From: Amoebidium appalachense
Taxonomy: Eukaryota; Protista; Ichthyosporea
NCBI GenBank assembly: GCA_963693365.1
Contig: CAVNZM010000007.1
Location: forward strand, 4,647,962-4,711,961
Length of the DNA: 64,000 nucleotides
Direction: 5' to 3'
In this document: in pieces, positions 12,521 to 24,719 of the stretch
Numbering within the stretch: the stretch's first letter is position 1
Layout of the letters: each line of letters begins with the position of its first letter
The notes under the pieces: model-generated
The model's database searches: none
The model's input: the letters and a program-made list of their open reading frames with translations, nothing else
Told to the model about the DNA's origin: nothing
Translations under genes and position numbers: made by a program

Positions 12521-13283
12521 TATATATATAGTATATATATATAGTATATATCATGATATATATATATATATATCATATATATGATATATGTATAGTATCA
12601 TACTGAGTATATATATATCAATACTATATATATATATGATATCATGATCACACCGGGTCTTGCACAGTTGGGTGCACCGGTGGGCCTGTGGGTGTGCCTG
12701 CAGTCGGCGCATGCTGGCTGTGAGTGTGTGGGGGGTGTTTGTGTGTGTGTTTTAGGCTTTAGTGGGGGCCCTACCTCTCTGTTTACGTGAGGTTTTGTGG
12801 TGGCCGTGTTTTTGCATTTTGGGTTGTGTGGGTTGAAGGGTGGTGTTACGTGGTGTCCATGTGGTGTTACGTGGTGTCCATGTGGTGTTACGTGGTGTTC
12901 ATGTGGTGTTACGTGGAAGAAGAATGTCTGCAATTTTACTGTGGAAGTACCTAATATGGCACGTGTCGTGTGTTCTGTGGTACCCCACAGTAGCTGCGAG
13001 TAGTTGCCCCACGGATCGTGGGCAGGAGCCTCGTACTATACCCACTTGATGTCCTCTGCCGGTGGCCACATTGCCCTCCAGGACCTATTCACTCAAGCCA
13101 TGCACACTGGGCAACCACCGTGGCTGCGGTGTGGCACTGCCTGTGCTGTGCCATGGGGGTCTTTGGGTGCTGGGTGTGCAGGTCGTTGTGGATGCATGCA
13201 GTGGTGGCTGTGGTCACTGGTGCCCCCTTCCCCTCCCAGGCCTCCCCTCTCCATATCACGGTAATATTTCAGTTTTTGCAGTG

Positions 13284-13331
<48 letters not shown>

Positions 13332-13430
13332 CATACTTGTGTAATATTCAGTTTTTGCAGTGCCTCCCCCCCTCCTCCCTCACTCCGAGCTTTTCTCTGT
13401 CACCCTCTCTCCCTCCCTCTCTCTCCCCCC

Positions 13431-13472
<42 letters not shown>

Positions 13473-13932
13473 CGTTCCTCCCCCTCCTCAACCCGCCCGG
13501 ACCTCTGCCCCCCATGTGCACACATGCGCGCGCACACATGTCACACACGCACTCTCCTCTCCTCTTTTTCTGTTTTATTTTTTTCTCTCGTTAGTTTGAC
13601 AATGTGTGATTCTTTGTTGCTTGTTTGTTTCGAGTTGTCTGTTTGTTTGTATGTAGATGTTCAGTGATAACCGTTTGTCACCCAGCCTGGTTTGTTCGTT
13701 GCATGTCTTAAGGTTTCTCGGACCTGGGGTGGGTTATACGTAAGGGCAGGATCGACAGGGTGAAACTCTGTTTTCTTCGTGATAACTAAAACATTCATGC
13801 CCGATCATAGTAACAGTGCATGTGTGCACTTTTCTGCAAAACCTACACGCTATGTGTTGGCCGTCATGAATGTGGTGCGAGTCGTAACAACGCTAACTAT
13901 TTCCAAGCCCGCCCCCCCCCCCCCCCCCCCCG

Positions 13933-13965
<33 letters not shown>

Positions 13966-14016
13966 ACCACCACCACCACCTCTTGGTGGTGCAAACAGGT
14001 CTGCCTGCCCCCCCCC

Positions 14017-14064
<48 letters not shown>

Positions 14065-15239
14065 CCTCCCCCCTCCCCCCCCCCCCCCCTTCCCCCCCCC
14101 CACCCCCGGGGGGAGTGCATCTATTATGCTGGCACCAACATAAGGGGCACCACCAGTGCAAAGCACATGGTACCCTGCTGCAGCCACCATGGCCCTGTGG
14201 CCCACATTAGCCCCTACAGCCCAACACCATGCACATGCAGCTCCCGACCGTCACATCGGCCTGGGGCGCTAGAAAAGGGCAACCGCTAATAAGCCGACAC
14301 CATCCCCACATATGCCTGCATACCTGTGCACGTGCTTGCCTGTGTGTGTGCAGAGTGCACTGCTTACCAAAGATGTGCCTGTGTATGTATTAGAAATGAC
14401 TGCCTGTGCATGTACGTGCACCTGATGAGTGGACATATATTGTGCATTGACCTCCAGCCCCGTGTAGCTGTCTGTGCAAATGCCATGTGCATGTGCCCAG
14501 TGTGTATGTGTGTGTGTTTGTGTGTGTGTGCATGTGCCCAGTGTGAGTCTGTGCGTGTGTGTGGGTGTGTGTGTAGATGTGCCCGATGTGTGTGTGCATG
14601 TGCCCGAATGTGTGTGTGTGTATGTGTGCACGTGCTAACATGTTCGCATGTGCCCAATGTGTATGTGTGTGCATGTGCCCAGTTTGTGTGTGTGTGTGTG
14701 TGCATGTGCCCAGTGTATGTGCGTGTTGCCAGTGTGTGCAAATGTGCCTTACACGCATGCCTGCCGTATGTACATGTATGCAGTGTACATGTGTGCATGT
14801 ATCTAGTGTGTGCACATACCTAGTGTGTGCATGTATCTAGTGTGTGCATGTACTTTGCGTACCATACGTGCTTGCAAGAGTTCGTGTGCATGCACCTATT
14901 GTCTGCATTTACCTCCGTGCATCCTGCATGTGCCTGTGTATGTATATGCCCCAGTAAACTGTGTGGTCCCGCATGTGCCTGCATATGCTGCATTGCACGT
15001 TTGACAGGCAGTTACCACGGGACCGGGGAAGGGTGTGTGTGTGTGTGTGTGAGAGAGAGAGGGGGGGGGGGGGGGGGGGGGGGAGGAAGAGGGGGGAAAG
15101 GAGGGGTGCGAAATGTGAGACAAGGGACATAGGACTATAGAGCCGGAGATGTAAGAACAGGGCCAGACACGGCATGCATTTGCACGTGCACCAGGCACAG
15201 CCAGCCAGCACCCGGTCCCAACCATGGCCCGGCAGGGCC

Positions 15240-16584
15240 CTACTTCTTCTTCTTGGCTGCAAGCTGTGCACGCCGCCCAGCACCTGGGGGAGGGGGGGTG
15301 ATGTATGCTTTAGAGGGTTGGAAACATGGAGGAGACAACAAAGAGCAACAACAAAACGTCACAAAAGTGGGTAATCCAAAATCAAACAATTCAAGGGTGC
15401 AGGCAGAAGACACTTGAACAGAGACCATCATCAGGGAGGTTCCTATGCCTCCGGCCAGAGAGTGTCAGCAAGGGGTCGGCATATGCCCAAATTAAATGGA
15501 TCAGAACACGTGTGTTGCCTGGAGAGAGGTGCAGGTAGCACACAACATGATCCCCTGTGTGCATGCCGGAACGTACAGCCGGGGCATGTTACCCTAGCGT
15601 GCATACAGCCCGTTCACCTACTGTCTCACCGTTCCTAACCAGACGTGCAGGGCCCTTGCATGTGAGGCTGAGTGTGCACGAGTGTGGGCCCATACTGTGT
15701 GTGTTTTCTTCTTGTGTGCACGTGCTGTTGCGTCTTTCAGTGCGGTCAGCCCCTTACCTTTCTTGGGTGGCCCCTTGCCTCTGTTCCTGAGTGTCTCTGC
15801 CAGTTCTCTGTGCCTCAACTGCACAAAATATGTATCAGTCGTTTTGCAACCCCCCCACCACCACCACCACCAGCCCAGCCCCGCACTGCACACAACGCAA
15901 AAACAACTCCAACCTCTATTGCAAAAGCTCCTTCAAGACACCCAAGCCCCGCACCACCCTCTCTGCCGCGCCCCTCGCCTCCTCCCTTTTTGACCAGGCA
16001 CACATTCCCTCCCAGCCCCCTCCCCCCCTTCTTGCTTGCTTGCCAACCGTATAGTCCTTGCTTCTCCAAAGCTGCTTCTCCCCCCTACCCCCCCTTTCCC
16101 CTCATCCTCACCCGCTCCCCCCCTCCCCCCACCTCCCCCCACCGCCTCCTCCCCCCCTTCTCCCAACCCCCTCCCCCCCCCCCCCCCCCCCCCCTCCCTC
16201 CATGCCTCCACGTACCCGCCACTCGTTGAGATACTGTCTGCTGCCCTCCTGGTGCACCTGCAGCTTGTGGAAGGTGAACAGCTCCGAGGGGTACCAGCGC
16301 AGCAGAGAGGGGCCCTTCAGTGGCTCCCGCAGGTACTTGAATCCGTTCCTGCCCCTAACCTTAGTGCCCGTCCAGCAGCCCGCCTCTTACCAGCCCCAGC
16401 CCCATACGCTTCCCCTTCCTCCCTGACCTCTCCCTCTCCGCCTATGGCCTGCCCCTTACTTCCGTCTGTATCCTCATCTTTTCTTCCATATCCCCCCTCG
16501 TCTCGGCTCCTTCCTTCACGCTAGGATAATTGGAACCATCTCATATCACTTTATCTGCTCCTCGTTATATACTACCCCCTTCCC

Positions 16585-16621
<37 letters not shown>

Positions 16622-16791
16622 CCCCACCACCACCACTACAACAACACAGCAGAGAAGTCCTAAGGTAGCCCGCCCTCCACCCCCACACACTGTCACACTG
16701 CTGCAGGGACGCACCTGAGATTGTTTCCTGCGACCGTCTGACCAAAAATGCGCGCAGAAAGCTGCGCCAGGCTCTTCACCTGAGACGCCAT
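15240..16791 (-). CDS. MRPS33: Mitochondrial small ribosomal subunit protein mS33 (Rsm27-like), 104 aa, 4 exons
   Basis: Exons 16791-16715, 16348-16216, 15818-15758, 15283-15240, GT-AG and phase-consistent. Product MASQVKSLAQLSARIFGQ...NGFKYLREPLKGPSLLRWYP...LRNRGKGPPKKGAGRRAQLAAKKKK carries the LSARIFG, LKGP...YP and RGKGPPKKG hallmarks. Confidence 0.88.
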
Positions 16792-17173
16792 TTTGGCCTG
16801 GGGCTGGCCCGCCCAGGTGGGTGGGTGTACCTGTGTGTGTGTGTGGTGTGTGTGCCTGTACGTGCGTTTGGTGGTGCGCGTTTCTAAGTGGAGGTCCCCG
16901 GATAGCAGAACACAGGTGTATGCACTAGGGCGCTGTGTGTCCCTTTTCTAGCTGTGGGTGGGTGTGCAGGAAGGCTTGTTTGTGCGTGTAGTTCAGTCCC
17001 CACCTTCCACAGTCTATGTCACCGATCCATGCATGTGTAGCCTTGCAGTGCACGCAGCAAGCAGTGTGGTGCACAGACCGAGCAGTGGCTCAGGGCTTGG
17101 GCTAAATATAGCGCAGCACATAAGGAGGTGGCTATATTTAGCGCATGGGCACAGTTGCGTAAGGGAGTCTGGC

Positions 17174-17200
17174 ACGGCCCTCTTTTTTTCAGAGGGCCGT
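17174..17200. repeat. 27-bp palindrome ACGGCCCTCT-N7-AGAGGGCCGT flanked by 9-bp direct repeat GAGTCTGGC
   Basis: Direct repeats at 17165-17173 and 17201-17209; second copy of the palindrome at ~39666-39691. Confidence 0.7.
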
Positions 17201-17367
17201 GAGTCTGGCCAGCAGCTACAGATCAGGATGTGCAGAGGCAGCAATGCTGGTGCAACTTGCTCCGTTATAAACGTGTCATCTCGGCTAGCACTGCACACAC
17301 GCACACACACACACATAACACACGCACACCCACACATATACACATATACAGCACGCACACAGGCAGC

Positions 17368-18014
17368 ATGGCGCAGCCGGGCAGTGCGACGGTCAAGGCC
17401 ACGGCGCTGCAGGAGGCCTACAGGCAGCGGCTGAGGGACGCCCAGGACGCCCTGCTGGACAACTTCGTGCACATACTCAAGGCCGCGCAGGCACGCGCGC
17501 ACACGCACACACACACGCACAACTTCGTGCACATATCAAGGCCGCACAGGCACGTGCACACGTGAAAGCACCACCCTGCGCACGCACACACACACAGGAA
17601 ACCAGGCATCCGCAAAACCACGTAAAAATTTCAGCATGCGAACTCCTCTCCCGCTCCCCCCTCCCCCCCCCCCCCCCCCCCCCCCCCCCTTGCCCTTCCT
17701 CCCCCACCCGCACACACACACACACACACACACACACCGCACACACACGCACACACACAGACACACTATACGCGCAAGCGTATGACCACGCAGACACATA
17801 CACTTAAACGATACCCACGCATATGCAGCTACACACACCCCTCTCTCTTTCTCACAGCAGCACGCACACACGCGGACATACACACCTATTAAGCACAGAC
17901 ACACACGATCCACAAACAAACATAGAGCGATAAGCACACACACACACATACAGACACACGCACACGAACAGGGACACACACAGATACACACAGGCGGACA
18001 CACACGTCGCATAG

Positions 18015-18070
<56 letters not shown>

Positions 18071-18372
18071 TCACGCGCACACAAAAGGCGCTTTGCACAG
18101 AAGACAGGTACAAGAAGAGCATGTTGCACATACACACACTCACGGGGGCAGGCACCCACAGACGTGTAGAGCGTGCACAGGCAAGCAAAAATACTTATGC
18201 AGACAGGCACCCCGCTCACCAGAGAGCACACGGGCACACAACTAGCGACACACGATACACAACCACGCACAGCGCAGGCAAATCTACAAACCCCCCAACA
18301 GAACCACAGAACGACACGTCCAGCACAGACGGACAAACACATACATTGACTGGCACACACACACACACACAG

Positions 18373-18407
<35 letters not shown>

Positions 18408-18451
18408 CGCACACACACGCGCGCGCACACACACACACACGCACACACGCA

Positions 18452-18488
<37 letters not shown>

Positions 18489-18721
18489 TGGCGTGCTAAC
18501 ATGGACCGCACATACACACACACGGGCACACACACTTAAACACACACATACCGACATACACAAACACACATACATATACACACGCGCGCACGCACACACA
18601 CACACACAAAACACGTCCATACACATTGAGCGTACTCACATGTAACGTACACACGCACGCACTACCACACCCACACACGAACGCACACACGCAAGCACGC
18701 ACACAGGCACACACATACGCA

Positions 18722-18752
<31 letters not shown>

Positions 18753-20257
18753 AACACACACACACATGAAACTTACGTGTGCGCACTTGCAACACCTCCG
18801 CCCCACCCCACACTCGGGCACACATACGGACCTGCACGCCACCTCACACACACACACCCCACACATACCCATAGAGGATTTATTCTGCATGCACGTGCTG
18901 GCTGTGGCTGACCAGTTGGGGGGCTGCAGGTGCGGGATGATGATGACGTATCGGACAAGGCACTGGCTGCCAGGGAGAGATACGAGCTGGACGTGCGTGC
19001 CACAAACATAGTGCGTGCGTGTATGTATGTGTGCGTGTGTGCGTGTGCGTGCATGCATGTGTGCGTGCGTGCGTGCGTGCGTGCGTGTTTGCGTGTGCGT
19101 GTGTGTGCGTGTGTGCGTGTGTGCGAGGGGAAAGGGGGGGAGAGAGAGGTTTGTGCCCAACACAGTTCGTATGTGGCTGCATGTGTTTGCTGGGGGGGAG
19201 GGGAGGGACTGGGGGGCCGTGCCACATCATGTGTGCATGCATGGCTGTGTATGAGTATGTATAACTACGTGAGTGTGTTTGGGGGGGGGAGGGAGGGGAA
19301 AGGTGGTGGTGGTGGGGGGGGAGGGGGGGGGGTTGGTGATTTTGGTGGTGTTTGGGGGGGAGGGGGGAGGGGGGAGCGAGGAGGGGTTGAGTGCACTACG
19401 TAGGGGTGACATGTGTGTTTGTAGGTGCGCACGGCCGAGGGCCTGCTGCGGCTGATAGCCGAGCTCAAGAAGCTGCTGCTGTTCCAAGACTACAGCGCCC
19501 TCAATGGTGCCACCAGGCAGCGCACACAGGCCCTGAATGATTGCCAGGTAGCGCACAGCAACATCTGCTTGTGTGCACAGGCATACAGCCACACATGCAT
19601 GTGCACACAGGCACACACAGCCACATGTGCATGTGCACACAGGCACACACACACACACCGTCACATGCCTCAAGCAATGCAGGCACACACATGCGCGTAT
19701 TGCATAAGCAACCACCCGTGCAAGAACTCGTGCACACACAGAAAGGGGCAAACATACACGTATAATGCGCGACGATGGTGCATAGGGGCATAGGCCTATG
19801 CCAAGAGCACACACACAGCCGGGGAAGCATACATGCGCACGATCGCACACATACAGGCATTTAGATGCACGTGTGTTTTGTGAGCGGCTGATGCGTCATG
19901 TGGGCACGTGGTTACACAGGTGCCTGCCGGTAGGCAAAGAGGCAAAAATGCGCATAAGGAATATTGTGCTACAGGCACGTGTACGTTCATGCAGCCGCAA
20001 TTCCATGCATACAGGCACGCAGGCCCACATACATGTATACAGGCCCACGTACATGCATACAGGGCCACGGTGCAGTGGTAGGCGGGGCCCACACAGCATG
20101 CATGCAGGCGCAGGTGTAGCCTTGCCCATGCTCAGTTTGTATGGGGCCGCAGGAGCAGTCCGAGCAGCAGCTGAGGGCGCTGCAGGCAGCCATGGGGGCA
20201 CACCTGCACGACCTGGAGCATGCATACTACTCGTCAAGGCACCTGGCCCTGCAGTAG
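17368..20257 (+). CDS. MED22: Mediator complex subunit 22 (Srb6/Surfeit-5 family), 143 aa, 4 exons
   Basis: Exons 17368-17490 (GC donor), 18930-19010, 19425-19547, 20153-20257. [68 protein letters not shown] matches Med22 motifs. Confidence 0.92.
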
Positions 20258-20847
20258 TTATTTATAGCACCTGGCCTATACATAGCACGAACTTTTCATC
20301 CTGCCACCTGGACTCTTACACATGCATGTATGTATGCCCCCACACATTCACACAACCTGCGGCAACTCTCTGCAGGTTCATTTTCTCGAATGTCCACCCA
20401 CTCAAGTTTTGGTCGAATAAAGCACAGTGTTTTATTGTTTTTTCGGTTCATCCTCCCCCCCCTTGCTTGAAAATATTATTCAATGGATGATCAGTGCCCA
20501 GCACCTGGCCGTGCATACACTCACCACATACATGCGTATACACATGCACTACATACACCCATACACCAGCCATTCATAAGTATGTACCACCCACCATCCG
20601 TCTACATGCCATACATGCTGACCTAAAACCACCATACAGGCACACACATACACCCCGACATTCGCAATACATGCACACATTCATGATCATCCACCTTTCA
20701 TGTGCACACAATACATGCACACATGCACCTGCAACACATGCATGCACCTGCCTTTCCTTCACACATACAAGCTTGGCCCCTTTATCCCTGTGTGCCCCAG
20801 CAGCACCCTGCACGTGCATCATACCCACCCACCCAGCATGGCGCCCA

Positions 20848-21302
20848 CTAGTCACACACATGCAGCACTGCAGGCCTATACTGCATGCTGCTGGTGTTGC
20901 GCACAAGCACAAACCCTCGGCACCGTGGGTCCCTGCAAAGCACACAAATAGTCAGCTTAACGTGCCCTGCCCCCCCCCCCCCCCCCCCCCCCCCCCGGGA
21001 TAGCCCCCACCGTGTGCTAGCCCAGTGCTCCAGGGCCAATAGGGCCACACAGGCCACAGCCCCACCACGGGCCTGGCCCAGCAGATAGCCCCCCGTGGTC
21101 ACATAGCCCATAGTGGCACGGCTAATGGGGGTATCTGGGCCCTCTGCAAGGTGCGTTAGTGCATGCTGCTATCTGATCCGGGCAATATGATTGGCTAGAA
21201 AGGCCATGGCCCCTGCTGCCTGCTGCACGGAACCAACACCCTTACAAAGACATGAGAAAACACATGTGGGCACAGGTGGCAATGTGGTAGGGCGTGCAAT
21301 GT

Positions 21303-21341
<39 letters not shown>

Positions 21342-22592
21342 ATAATTGTGTGTGTGAGCATCAAGTAAACAGCGTAAACCCCATCATCATGTGGCTGTGT
21401 TATTGAGTACGTGTGCGTGTGTAGTGTGCATGTGACATGTGCGAGTGTGAAGTTTTAGTGTGTGCACATTCATGTTCATGTATATGCATGTGTGGTGCAT
21501 GTGCTGCACATTCATGTTCATGTATATGCACGTGTGGTGCATGTGCTGCACATTCATGTTCATGTATATGCACGTGTGGTGCATGTGCTGCACATTCATG
21601 TTCATGTATATGCACGTGTGGTGCATGTGCTGCACATTCATGTTCATGTATATGCATGTGTGGTGCATGTGCTGCACATTCATGTTCATGTATATGCACG
21701 TGTGGTGCATGTGCTGCACATTCATGTTCATGTATATGCATGTGTGGTGCATGTGCTGCACATTCATGTTCATGTACATGCATGTGTGGTGCATGTGCTG
21801 CACATTCATGTTCATGTATATGCATGTGTGGTGCATGTGCTGCACATTCATGTTCATGTATATGCATGTGTGGTGCATGTGCTGCACATTCATGTTCATG
21901 TATATGCATGTGTGGTGCATGTGCTGCACATTCATGTTCATGTATATGCATGTGTGGTGCATGTGCTGCACATTCATGTTCATGTATATGCATGTGTGGT
22001 GCATGTGCTGCACATTCATGTTCATGTATATGCATGTGTGGTGCATGTGCATGTGTGGTGCATGTTCATGTGCACGTGCAATCATCTATCAGGGGGGCTA
22101 CCCACGTGGCCTGGGCTCAGTGGGCCCATCGTAGTGCTTTGGGTCTACCAGGTAAGCCCGGTAGTCGTCCTCTGCTGGACAGTCAGCACGTGCCCACACA
22201 CAGGCACAGAGGGATTGCAGCCGCCATGCACACATGTGGGGGGGCAGGGGGACACATACCTGTGGGCAGGCACAGCATTGCGTTGTAGGTGGGGGTGCCC
22301 CGTCCCAGCATGTGCACGGCCACACACACAAGCGCAGCCCTGCACCCCATCATGTCTGCATGTGCCCATGCAAGCCGAGTATGGCCGCCCAGCCAGGCAC
22401 GAGCAGGTAGGCAGCCACACAAAGACTCTCTAGCGAAGAAGTATGCGTGTGGGTGATGCTTGTGTGTGTGCATGTGGGCCATTCTGCATGCTGTGGGGTG
22501 AGGCCGTACCCCGGGATGTGCTTGTAGATGGGGTCAGTGCGCAGCGGGTTGGTCTCTATCAGCCGTGCAGTCTTGTCAGCCAGCCGCTTAAC

Positions 22593-22639
<47 letters not shown>

Positions 22640-22644
22640 GCGTG

Positions 22645-22706
<62 letters not shown>

Positions 22707-24683
22707 CGCGTGTGTGCGTCGACTTGTGAGTGTGTCCAGATGTATGCGCGTGTGCAGGTTGTGCGTGTTAGTTCATGCTTGTGTTTTATTGATATCAATG
22801 AGTACGTGTGAATGTGTGCAGCGCCCACCAGTGTGATACACACCACGCACCCATGTGCACCAATGACATGCGCCAGCATGCATGCATACACACCTCTGCC
22901 TGGTGCTGCCCCATGGAGGGCCTCAGCAGCCACAGCCAGCAGGCTGCGGCAGGCCTGCATTGCCCTGTGGCCCCGCACCACGTAACAGTGGTCCTGCCCA
23001 GCCACCCCACCCTGTGCCGGCATCAGCACCCACACCCATGCACCCACCAACCCACCCACACGGTGTGGCTGTACCTTGTCTGCCCAGTGGGCCAGCAGGG
23101 CCAGCCACTGGGGGCTGAATGGGTGGGCCACCCCCAGCAGCTGGTGGTTGGGCCGCTTGGCTGGCGGCTGCCGCTGGTAACGGGCCTGAAGATGTGCCCC
23201 GGTGGCCTCTGGGAGGGGGGGGGGGGGGGGGGGGGTATTGACTTGAGTATACCGTGGCAACGTGGCCGTGCAAGCATGAGCCGCCATATTTGGCATCCCA
23301 TGCCATAAATGGTATTTTTTATGCCATACGTCATATGTATCTTTGATACATGGCATACTCTCCAACCATACCCCCACAGCCCCAGCTACCTGCATGTGCC
23401 TGGCCTGCCTGTGTGTCGGGCATGTCATTTGGGTAGTGGGGCCGACCCTGCTCCGTGTGCAGTCTGTGCTGCTCCTGCAGCCCTGCACCCCCAGTCAGCC
23501 CCCTGCCTGCCAGTCCAACTAGCTGGCCCCCCAACCCAACCCCACCCCCCCACCTGTGGGCTTGGCGCCAGCATGAGTCAGGGCCACCCAGAAGGCCATG
23601 CCCCAGCCCCGTGGCAGCAGCAGTTCCCACCCGGCCCCGTAGCCAAGTCCGGCCCCGGCCCCTGCCTGCCTGTCAGAATCATATTCTCCGCCACCACCCA
23701 CGTACGTACCCTGCTGGGTGCCTGGGGCCTGCAGCAGCATAATGGGCATCGTGGCATCGCCTGGCTGGGCCTGCATGCCCTTACGCACAGCATGCTGTGT
23801 TCATTGTCAGCACAGCTGGCCCAGGGAAACAAACTGGCCAAATATGTGCACTAGACCCGAACATCATGAAGCACGTGCCCCCAAAATACATGAACATTTT
23901 GCAAACACGTGTGTGCAAAAACCTCTTCCAACCCTTTCTAGACAACCCCCACCCCAGCTGCGCCATTCCCTTCCCTGCCATCACCACACACATGATATAT
24001 TGAAAGTCGGCCACTCAGTTCCCAGTTATGCTCCCCTCCCTCCCTGCCACCACCCCAGCATGCCCACATCTCTGTTCCCCGAAAAGCTCAGTAGTAAGAC
24101 CCACATTGATCGTCCTACCCAACCCACATTTATCCTTTATTCTCCATGCTTCATGCAGATCATAATGGTATTTGATGTCCAATCAACCACATAAGGCTAC
24201 TGGGCACATCATGTGGTCTAGGGTCCACACCTTTGCCCTCCTCCCATTCAGTGCTGCCTGTGTCAACATGTTGCTGCATGCCTCCTGCCTTGCTGCAGCC
24301 TCCCACAGCCCACTGCTGCTGGCCCCCTCAGGCCATGCCCCAAGCAGCTGCGATAGTTGCTGCTGCCCCTCTGCACAAATAGTCAAACCCCAGCCATTTA
24401 CACCCTGGCCCCCCCTTCCCCCCCCCCCCCAAAACACACACACACACCCCTCCCCCCTCCTCCTTCGCGCCCATACCTTGCGTGACTGTGGCATTCACCC
24501 GGTCCTGTCCGCGCTGGTCCCGTCTGACCGGATCTGGGGGGAATCTGTGTGGGCGGTAAGCATGGGCGCTGCCTCCCCCCCCCCCCCCCCCCCCCCCCCA
24601 TATCAACCGCGCGCCCCCCTCCCCTGCCTTCCTCCCCTGGCAGGCAACCTTGCTCCCCCCATTGGCACAGGCATATCCAACCC

Positions 24684-24719
<36 letters not shown>

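Larger units (their letters stand above)
6711..13255 (-). mobile_element. Family X interspersed element, copy 1, split by a ~5.6-kb nested insertion stack (pieces ~6711-7062 and ~12653-13255)
   Basis: The two pieces are colinear with the uninterrupted inverted copy at ~54165-55235. A-rich tail at ~6711-6730; internal 21-bp GGTGTTACGTGGTGTCCATGT repeats. Confidence 0.75.

Noticed and set aside
21364-21382. TAAACCC as a plant-type telomeric repeat
   Set aside because: Never tandem; occurs only as the terminus of inserted elements.
21387-22433. Long His/Cys/Met-rich ORFs
   Set aside because: Product of the 42-bp intronic minisatellite, open in most frames.
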